From the NCBI GenBank assembly GCA_040754455.1, contig JBFMCP010000015.1, forward strand, positions 1 to 64,000: 64,000 nt of DNA, read 5' to 3'. The notes beneath the pieces are model-generated. The model saw only the letters and a list, made by a program, of their open reading frames with translations, was not told the origin of the DNA and ran no database searches. This DNA comes from Nitrospirota bacterium. GTDB taxonomy: Bacteria > Nitrospirota > Thermodesulfovibrionia > Thermodesulfovibrionales > Dissulfurispiraceae. Shown here piece after piece: positions 57,170-64,000 of this stretch. Position 1 is the first letter of the stretch. Each line of letters begins with the position of its first letter. The position numbers and the translations under genes were made by a program.

Positions 57170-58690
57170 CTATTCCGACAACCACTCCTTTACGATCATG
57201 GCAGCCTTGCGCGGGTCTTTCTTGACCACCTCGACGATCCGCTCCCGCATAATCTCCTGCTGCGTCGTTTCTGGTTCGGTAAGCGCAGGCACTGCCGGCA
57301 CTGCCTCACCGGCAGGCAGCTGCGGCGGTCCAGCAGGGGCTTTCAGCATCTCGAGCAGCGGCTTCACCACAAAGAGAATGAGCACCGCGATGACCGCGAT
57401 GGGCACAAGGTATTTGAGCAATGTAATCACGATTTTCAGATAGTCGGGCTTGCCCGCGGGGAGTTCCTCAGCGGCCGCTTCAAACGGCATGTTCTGGACG
57501 ATCACCTGATCCCCCCGTTCCCGGCTGAAGCCTACCGAGGCCTTGACGATTTCCTCGTATTTCTTTATCTCCTCTTCGCTCCTCGGCTGGTAGACCGTCT
57601 TGTTCTTTTCCTTCCTGTAGGTGCCGTCGACGAGGACAGCGACCGATATGCTCTTGATCTCGCCGCGCGGCAGGGATATCTTGCTCACGCTCCTGCTCAC
57701 TTCATAATTGATATTTTCCGACTGCTTCTGTGATGACGAGGGTGCTCCGGACGAGGCGGCGGGCTGTTGTCCCGGCTGGTTTGAGAGCACGCCGGGGATG
57801 CCGCCGTTGACCGCACCGGTAGACTTCTCCTGGTTTCGCTGCTCCGTCTTTACCACGACCGAGTCCGGATCGAATTTCTCCTCCGTCTTTTCCACCTGCG
57901 AAAAATCTATCTTCGTCGCAACCCTGACGATCGCCTTTCCCTTGCCGACGATGCCCTCGAGCATGCTCTGCAGCCTGCCCTCGTACTCTTTGTCGACCGC
58001 CTTCTGGTAACTCAGCTGTCGCGCATCGGCGATCATGTCACCGTCCATCGGCTTCGAAAGCAAATTTCCCATGTTGTCGATCACCGTGACGTTCTGGGGA
58101 GACATTCCTTCGACACTGCTCGCGACGAGATGCACAATACCGCCGATCTGTCCCTGGCTGAGCACCCTTCCCGGCTTCAACTTCAGCACCACCGAAGCGG
58201 TCGGCCGCTCTTCCTTTTCAGAAAAGAGCGTGCGTTCGGGGATAGCGATATGGACACGGGATTGCTCCACCTCGGAGAGCTGTCTGATGGTCCTTGTCAG
58301 CTCGCCCTGGAGCGCCCTGATATAATTCAAGCGTTGTACGAATTCGGTGACACCGATCTGCGTCTTATCGAATATCTCGAACCCGACGCCGCCGCCCTGG
58401 GGAATCCCCTGCGCAGCGAGATCGAGCCTGAGCTCATAGACCCTGGCACTCGGGACATAGATGACATTTCCCTCGACCTTATAGGGAACTTTCATCTCCC
58501 GCAATTTAGTAATCACCTGCCCGGCATCTTCCTGGGAGAGGTTGCTGTAGAGGACCTGGTAGTCGACCCTCTGGCTCCAGAGCATGATGCCGGTCATCAC
58601 CGCAATACTCAGGGCGATGAGCGAGGCAAGGGCTATCTTCTTTTTAAGAGGCCAGGCCTTTATCTGGTCAATCACTTCGCTGATGGTCAT
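57170..58690 (-). CDS. fliF: MS-ring protein FliF
   Basis: GFEIFD, RALQGEL.RTI, ASVVL, LVASSV.G, G.PG..SN, NYEV and RGD. Confidence 0.96.
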   Translation of the reverse strand: MTISEVIDQIKAWPLKKKIALASLIALSIAVMTGIMLWSQRVDYQVLYSNLSQEDAGQVITKLREMKVPYKVEGNVIYVPSARVYELRLDLAAQGIPQGGGVGFEIFDKTQIGVTEFVQRLNYIRALQGELTRTIRQLSEVEQSRVHIAIPERTLFSEKEERPTASVVLKLKPGRVLSQGQIGGIVHLVASSVEGMSPQNVTVIDNMGNLLSKPMDGDMIADARQLSYQKAVDKEYEGRLQSMLEGIVGKGKAIVRVATKIDFSQVEKTEEKFDPDSVVVKTEQRNQEKSTGAVNGGIPGVLSNQPGQQPAASSGAPSSSQKQSENINYEVSRSVSKISLPRGEIKSISVAVLVDGTYRKEKNKTVYQPRSEEEIKKYEEIVKASVGFSRERGDQVIVQNMPFEAAAEELPAGKPDYLKIVITLLKYLVPIAVIAVLILFVVKPLLEMLKAPAGPPQLPAGEAVPAVPALTEPETTQQEIMRERIVEVVKKDPRKAAMIVKEWLSE

Positions 58691-58706
58691 TCTTTCCTCA
58701 AAAAAA

Positions 58707-58800
58707 CGTTATAGCATCATGCGTCGTGCGTTATGCGTCGAGCGCAAAAACAACTGTTGTATCTTCTGACGCTCGGCGCTTGACGCGTGCCTCATGATGC
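58707..58800. repeat. Inverted heptamer array (fliE-fliF junction)
   Basis: gcatcat gcgtcgt gcgttat gcgtcga ... ctgacgc tcggcgc ttgacgc gtgcctc atgatgc. Confidence 0.88.
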
Positions 58801-58801
58801 T

Positions 58802-59095
58802 TTATACCTGCATTCTCATAATCTCCTCGTAGGCGGTGAGGAGCTTGTTTCTTACCTGGAGCAGCGTCTGCATGGAGATATCCGCCTTCTCCATGGCGAC
58901 GACAACGGTATGGATGTCCTTGACCTCGCCCTTGGCAAAATCCTCTATCGCCTTTTCCGCATCGTTCTGCACTGCAGAGACTTCGCGCATCGCATCGTTG
59001 ATCGCCGCCTCAAAAGAGGCGGAGCTCTTTTGCGTGTTCATCGACGGCTCAGGAAGTCCCTGCCCGATATCGCCGATATTTTTTATCTCGCTCAT
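58802..59095 (-). CDS. fliE: Hook-basal body protein FliE
   Basis: DIH.V..A.EKA......QVRNK...AY.EIMRMQV. Confidence 0.95.
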   Translation of the reverse strand: MSEIKNIGDIGQGLPEPSMNTQKSSASFEAAINDAMREVSAVQNDAEKAIEDFAKGEVKDIHTVVVAMEKADISMQTLLQVRNKLLTAYEEIMRMQV

Positions 59096-59113
59096 GGATT
59101 CCCCTCCTTAAAA

Positions 59114-59156
59114 GCGTTATAGCGTCGCCTGGCTCTTGATGCTTGACTCTCGACGC
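59114..59156. repeat. Short inverted heptamer array (flgC-fliE junction)
   Basis: gcgttata gcgtcgc ... ttgatgc ttgactc tcgacgc; same unit family as 44444 and 58707. Confidence 0.65.
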
Positions 59157-59157
59157 T

Positions 59158-59565
59158 TTACACTTTGGTAATGTCCAATGTTTTTATAAACATCTCTTTG
59201 TACGTGTTGATCATCGTCAGGTTCGCCTCATAGGCGCGGGCGGCAGCCGTGAGGTTTACCATCTCCTCGATGGTGTTGATGTTCGGATAGCTGACATACC
59301 CGTCAGCGTTGGCGTCGGGATGCCCCGGATCGTACACTGTTTTGAACGGCCTCTGGTCCTCGACAATCCTGGGGATATCGACGCCGGTCGAAGTCTCGTC
59401 ATAGAGATACGACGCAAAGACGACGTCCTTCCTCCGGTACGGCCCTCCCGCGGGGGTGCTGGTGGAGTTAATATTCGCGATATTCGAAGCGATAACGTTC
59501 ATCCGCATCTTCTGCGCTTCGAGGGCGGTTGCGCTTACCTTCAGCGGCATAAAGAGCTCTCTCAT
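59158..59565 (-). CDS. flgC: Rod protein FlgC
   Basis: ASNIAN..ST, GPYRRK, YDP.HPDA..DGYV..PN.N and R.YEAN. Confidence 0.96.
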   Translation of the reverse strand: MRELFMPLKVSATALEAQKMRMNVIASNIANINSTSTPAGGPYRRKDVVFASYLYDETSTGVDIPRIVEDQRPFKTVYDPGHPDANADGYVSYPNINTIEEMVNLTAAARAYEANLTMINTYKEMFIKTLDITKV

Positions 59566-59906
59566 TATCTGCCTCCCTTGATCACATCTTTGAGCATTCT
59601 GATTTTCATACTCATCAACTGCGTCGCCGTCGTGTAGGTCAGGGAATTTTCAGCCACCTTCGCCATCTCGATGTCGAGATTGACGGTATTGCCGTCCCTG
59701 TTCGGCATGGTCGTCACGGTCTCGTAGACTTCGTAGCCTGACGGCGCAGCGCCGCTCAATACCCTGTCCAGCTCTTTCTGGAAGGAAATATCCTTCGCCT
59801 TATACCCCGGGGTATCGGCATTGGCGATGTTGGAAGCAAGAACTTTTTGCCTAGCAGCGGCAATATCGAGCATACGCTCGAGGATTTTCATTGTAGAATC
59901 AGGCAT
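59565..59906 (-). CDS. flgB: Rod protein FlgB
   Basis: RQKVLASNIANADTPGYKAKD and DGNTVN.D.EM. Confidence 0.96.
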   Translation of the reverse strand: MPDSTMKILERMLDIAAARQKVLASNIANADTPGYKAKDISFQKELDRVLSGAAPSGYEVYETVTTMPNRDGNTVNLDIEMAKVAENSLTYTTATQLMSMKIRMLKDVIKGGR

Positions 59907-59941
59907 AAGCTCCTCCTGAATATGGTTTTATATAATATATA

Positions 59942-59957
59942 TGCAAATTCTGTTCCT
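59942..59957 (-). promoter_or_regulatory. sigma54 promoter upstream of flgB
   Basis: AGGAACAGAATTTGCA (GG-N10-GC spacing). Confidence 0.7.
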
Positions 59958-59977
59958 GTCCTGGCGCCTTTCACGTC

Positions 59978-61264
59978 CTACTGGCCGTCGTCGGCTATAT
60001 TATACTCTTTTATCTTGTTTCGTATAGTCCGTACACTGACGCCGAGCAGCTCGGCTGCACGGGTCCTGTTGTTGTTCGTTTTTTTCAGGGTCTCGATGAT
60101 CAGCTCTTTCTCCATATCGCGAATCGTTCCGGTCCTTGACGATCCCGCTGCAGCCTTCGCGGCAGCGGGACCTTCGGTAGGTGGCAGCAGGAGCTCTGAC
60201 CTGGATATGACCGCTATCCGGTAGATGAAATTCTCGAGCTCACGGACATTCCCCTCCCATTCCCTGCCCAGAAGGTAGTCCCTCAATTCAGCCGAGAGCT
60301 GGAAGGCCTTGCTCATCTTCCTCGACAGCCTTCGCACAAAGAATTCAGCCAGGGGGACAATGTCCTCCCTCCGCTCTCTGAGCGAGGGGAGCTTGAGGGG
60401 GAAGACATTCAGACGGTAGTAGAGGTCTTCCCTGAACTTTCCCTCCTTCACCTGGGAAAAGAGGTCCCTGTTCGTCGTTGCAATGATCCTCACATCCACC
60501 GGGATGGGAGCGCGGCCGCCGATACGGTCGATCTCCCGTTCCTGTATCGCCCTGAGGAGCTTTGCCTGCAGTGGATACGCCATCTCGCTGATCTCATCGA
60601 GGAGGATCGTCCCTTTATTGGCAAGCTCGAATTTTCCCATCCTCCGGTCAACAGCGCCGGTAAAGGCGCCCTTCTCATGCCCGAAGAGCTCGGATTCGAG
60701 GAGGTGTTCGGATATGGCGGCGCAATTAATCGCAATGAACGGTTTGTCCGCCCTGAGGCTGTGATGGTGGATAAACCGGGCGATCACTTCCTTGCCGGTG
60801 CCGCTCTCGCCCGAGAGGAGGACTGTGATATCGCTTCTGGCGATCTCCCTCGCCACGGACATGAGGTGCGCCATCACCGGAGATTCCGCAACGATATCCT
60901 CTTCCCCGGCAGGCAGGAGGCGGTCGATCACCCGCTGCAGGGCATCGAAGGAAAATGGTTTCATAATGTAGTCAGTAGCCCCGAGCTTCATGGCGTCGAC
61001 TGCGTTCTCGACGGTCCCGTAACCGGTAATCACGATGACCGGCACGAAGATGCCCCGCTTGCGCACCTCCTGGAGGAACTCGATGCCATTCATCTTCGGC
61101 ATTTTCATGTCGGTGATGATGAGCGCAAAGTCGGCAATATTGAGCTCTGCAAGCGCATCAGCCGGGTTGTGAAATACCGTGGGCTCAAACCCGCAGCGTT
61201 TGAGCGACTCCTTCAGCGCCAGCGCCATATCGACTTCGTCATCAATAACCAGAACCGATTTCAT
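59978..61264 (-). CDS. sigma54-dependent response regulator (FleR/FlrC-like)
   Basis: Receiver domain, GESGTGKE, ELFGHEKGAFTGA, FREDLYYRL and C-terminal Fis-type HTH. Confidence 0.93.
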   Translation of the reverse strand: MKSVLVIDDEVDMALALKESLKRCGFEPTVFHNPADALAELNIADFALIITDMKMPKMNGIEFLQEVRKRGIFVPVIVITGYGTVENAVDAMKLGATDYIMKPFSFDALQRVIDRLLPAGEEDIVAESPVMAHLMSVAREIARSDITVLLSGESGTGKEVIARFIHHHSLRADKPFIAINCAAISEHLLESELFGHEKGAFTGAVDRRMGKFELANKGTILLDEISEMAYPLQAKLLRAIQEREIDRIGGRAPIPVDVRIIATTNRDLFSQVKEGKFREDLYYRLNVFPLKLPSLRERREDIVPLAEFFVRRLSRKMSKAFQLSAELRDYLLGREWEGNVRELENFIYRIAVISRSELLLPPTEGPAAAKAAAGSSRTGTIRDMEKELIIETLKKTNNNRTRAAELLGVSVRTIRNKIKEYNIADDGQ

Positions 61265-61273
61265 AATCTTTTA

Positions 61274-61345
61274 AGAATCCAGAAGCCAGAATAACAGCAC
61301 ATTAAATCTATTATTCTGACTTGTGACTTGTGACTTCTGACTTCT
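61274..61345. repeat. Inverted heptamer array overlapping the kinase 3' end
   Basis: agaatcc agaagcc agaataa ... ttattct gacttgt gacttgt gacttct gacttct; encodes the tail QKSEVTSHKSE*. Confidence 0.85.
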
Positions 61346-62447
61346 GTTGTTCCTCCTTTGGCAGTTTAATCCTGAACTCCGTTCCCTTTCCCGCTTCGCT
61401 CGCAACATCGATCGTGCCTTTATGGGCGGCAATGATCCCGGCAGTGATCGAGAGACCGAGACCGGTGCCGCGGTCCTTGGTCGAAAAGAAGGGCTCAAAG
61501 ATGCGCGACCTCGTTGCCTCTTCCATCCCCGTTCCGTTGTCGGCAATGACAATTTCTATTCCTGCAAAGGGAGCATCGGTGCTGTCGATAGTGACCGCGA
61601 TCCTTCCGCCGTCGGGCATTGCCTGCACGGCATTCAAAAATATATTGATCATCGCTTGCCTGACAAGCCCCTTGTCGATGCAGAGCCGATACTGGTCCGC
61701 GGCGGTGACGGCAACGGTTATCTTGCCTGCGGAAAAGAGTTCTTTGAATTCGTCGATGATCTCCTCGATCACCTCGTTGATAACGCATGGCTCCGTTTTC
61801 GGCGTTATGCCCCGCGAAAATTTAAGCATGTTGTCCAGTGTATTGACCAGTGAGCGCACTGAATTCGATATCCTGTTCGCGTAGTCGCCGTGCGCCGTCC
61901 CCCCGAGGTCATTGGCGAGGAGGCTCGCGAACAACTCGATGCTCCCGAGAGGGTTGCGTATCTCGTGGGCGATCTTCAGCACCAGTTCACCCATCGCGGA
62001 AAGCCGCGCGTTCCTCGCGTTTTCGGACTCGAGCTGCTTCAGTCTCGTGATATCCTTGAAGATGAGCACATGACCAGTCGAGCCGCCTGTCCTGTCCCGT
62101 ACCTCCGAACGGGAGAGGAGGGCATAAAAGGGCTTCGCCCGCTCCGGGACAATGATCTCATCACTGATCGTTGCATGCAGGGACCGGCCACCGACCATTT
62201 CTTCAGCCTTGACCTGAAGGAGCTGCTCCACCGTGCTGTTCACGAGCCGGATCACGCCGTCCTTATCGAAAAAAACCACCCCCACATCGATGCTGTCGAG
62301 GATACTGTTGAGCAGCTGCTTCTTGTGGTCTACCTCTTCGGTCAGCAGCTTTACCCTGTCCTCGAGGGTGCGGTAGTACTGCGTCAGCGTAGCCGAGGCG
62401 GAATTGAAGCTTTCTATCGCTTTATTCAGAAGCTCTATATCAGCCAT
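61311..62447 (-). CDS. Cytoplasmic PAS-containing sensor histidine kinase (FleS/FlrB-like)
   Basis: No TM segment, PAS-like region, AHEIRNPLG, NAVQA, DNG.G and FF.TK..GTGLGL. Confidence 0.92.
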   Translation of the reverse strand: MADIELLNKAIESFNSASATLTQYYRTLEDRVKLLTEEVDHKKQLLNSILDSIDVGVVFFDKDGVIRLVNSTVEQLLQVKAEEMVGGRSLHATISDEIIVPERAKPFYALLSRSEVRDRTGGSTGHVLIFKDITRLKQLESENARNARLSAMGELVLKIAHEIRNPLGSIELFASLLANDLGGTAHGDYANRISNSVRSLVNTLDNMLKFSRGITPKTEPCVINEVIEEIIDEFKELFSAGKITVAVTAADQYRLCIDKGLVRQAMINIFLNAVQAMPDGGRIAVTIDSTDAPFAGIEIVIADNGTGMEEATRSRIFEPFFSTKDRGTGLGLSITAGIIAAHKGTIDVASEAGKGTEFRIKLPKEEQQKSEVTSHKSE

Positions 62448-64000
62448 TACGGCTCCCCTTCACCGGCAACGATCTTTGCCGCTTCGCCGACGATGCCGCC
62501 CGAAGCCGCAGCCTTTTTCAGGAGCTCGCGATCGCCGGTGAGTTTGCCATACTGGTAGTAGATCCACTGGATCGTTCCCGGATCGCTCAGATCAGAAGCG
62601 AGTGCCCGCTTGTAGTACTGTTGCGCCTTTCCATGGTCACCGCCGAGATAGAGGAGGTCGGCAGCCTTTACCATAGCGAGTGCATCCCCTTTTTCAGACG
62701 CAGAGAGATAGTACTTCAGGGCGCCTTTGCGGTCCCCGGTCGTTGCGTAGAGCTCGGCAAGCGCGGCGCTCACCCGGTGGTCTTTTGTGTGCTGCACCGC
62801 CTTTTCAAGCACAGCGACCGCCTGCCCGTAATCACCCTCCCGCTTCAGCACTTCCGACAAGAGATAGGAGGAGCGTACGAAGTAGCGGCTGTCCAGCACC
62901 AGAGGAGTGAGCAGCCGCTTTGCCTCACTGTACTTGCCGTCATTGATGAGCAGTTCGGCATGGTACAGCGCGGCATCGCCCCTGGCAAGTCCCCGTTCCG
63001 CCTTCCTGAGAAGCATAAAGCCCTCCAGCTTTCTACCGTTGGCGATCAAATAACGGGCAGCTTCGACAATAAAGGGGCTGTCCTGGTCGAGGTGTCCGGA
63101 ATATCTGGTGAAGTATTCGACCTCTTTCGGGTTCTTCGCTGCAAGGGCCGTGCTCAATCTCTTTTCTATTTCCGCTGCCTTTACTTTTTTATCATGGAGC
63201 AATGTCAGGTAGCGGAGGGCATTTCCCCTGTCTCCTTTGCGGTCGTACAGCCTGACGAGGTTCATCTTGAAATCGTCCGCCTGCTCATAGGGAAGGATTT
63301 CAAGGTTCAGGCGCAGCGCTTCATCGACATTTCCGTACACCTCGTACACTTTTGCCATGAGCCGGGTCGCCCTGCGCTTTTCCACGTTCGAAACAGGGTT
63401 GCTCATTATGCTTTTGCAGAGGCGCTCCGCTTCGGCAAACCGTGATGCGTTGTAGAGGACAATCGCCTTGTCTGGCCTGAGGTCCTCGTCCTTGAGCGTC
63501 GGTTCGAGAATTTTATTCATCAGGGCGAGCGCCTCTCGATGCTGCCCCTTTCTGCTGTGGACCATTGCCCTGACCATCAGGGCGCGCGGGTTGGTCTCCG
63601 CCGCTCTCTTTGATACCTTCGCGATGAGCGATTCGGCGCCTGCGGTGTCATCACGCCGCAGCGCCACCTCTGCCGTGCCGATGATCGCTTCATCGGAACG
63701 CGAAGCGCCGATCTTTTCGAAAGAGCGCTGCGCTTCATCAATTTTCTGCGTATAGAGCGCAATATAGCCCAGAGCGAGATACACCTCGTCGATCGATCCT
63801 GACTGCGGATACATTGAGAGAAAGCGCTGGGCATTCAGCCGCGCCTCTTGATACCGCTTCAGCCGGTAGGCGCTCTTGACCACGCCGATAAGCGCCCGCT
63901 CCGAAAGGGGGCCTTTCTTCTCATCAAGAAATACCTCCCGGTAAAGCTTATGGGCCTCGAAGTAATTTCTTGCCCTGAAATAACTGTCGGCACCCTTGAG
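62447..64000 (-). CDS. Tetratricopeptide-repeat protein (5' end outside the window)
   Basis: The frame stays open to 64000 (LKGADSYFRARNYFEA...). TPR-like helical repeats; the stop overlaps the kinase start. Confidence 0.8.
   Translation of the reverse strand, partial: LKGADSYFRARNYFEAHKLYREVFLDEKKGPLSERALIGVVKSAYRLKRYQEARLNAQRFLSMYPQSGSIDEVYLALGYIALYTQKIDEAQRSFEKIGASRSDEAIIGTAEVALRRDDTAGAESLIAKVSKRAAETNPRALMVRAMVHSRKGQHREALALMNKILEPTLKDEDLRPDKAIVLYNASRFAEAERLCKSIMSNPVSNVEKRRATRLMAKVYEVYGNVDEALRLNLEILPYEQADDFKMNLVRLYDRKGDRGNALRYLTLLHDKKVKAAEIEKRLSTALAAKNPKEVEYFTRYSGHLDQDSPFIVEAARYLIANGRKLEGFMLLRKAERGLARGDAALYHAELLINDGKYSEAKRLLTPLVLDSRYFVRSSYLLSEVLKREGDYGQAVAVLEKAVQHTKDHRVSAALAELYATTGDRKGALKYYLSASEKGDALAMVKAADLLYLGGDHGKAQQYYKRALASDLSDPGTIQWIYYQYGKLTGDRELLKKAAASGGIVGEAAKIVAGEGEP

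Noticed and set aside
59906..59978. c-di-GMP riboswitch upstream of flgB
   Set aside because: The gap is only ~70 nt, is occupied by a sigma54 motif, and shows no GEMM consensus.

Overview
Chromosomal segment, roughly 55% GC by eye. The gene content suggests an anaerobic, motile Nitrospirota (Thermodesulfovibrionia-like) or deltaproteobacterium-like organism; the taxonomy is inference. Left end (1-2.1 kb): the right end of an IS256-family element has inserted into and truncated a CARF (NE0113/Csm6-type) gene downstream of cas6, next to a degraded 2H-phosphoesterase remnant. No CRISPR array is visible. 2-15 kb: a small hemerythrin/DUF2267/PRTase/hydrolase cassette, pepN, a YkgJ-family gene, a TPP-riboswitch-controlled thiSGEC operon and greA-pyrK-pyrD-DUF62. 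14.9-64 kb: a ~49 kb minus-strand flagellar/chemotaxis supercluster with four sigma54 promoters and a sigma28 promoter. It covers the FleS/FleR-like two-component system, basal body, export gate, FlhF/FlhG, FliA/FlgM, the che operon, rod/ring/hook genes and CsrA/FliW. No flagellin, fliD/fliS or motAB is in the window. Notable features are FliO-FliP, CheW-CheZ and FlgJ-N/M23 fusions, tandem flgE paralogs and a PstS-like binding protein paired with a large MCP. The most striking unexplained structure is a family of about 14 inverted arrays of degenerate ~7-mer tandem repeats. They differ in unit sequence but share one architecture, sit at gene junctions inside operons, and in several cases are translated as signal-peptide or linker sequence.
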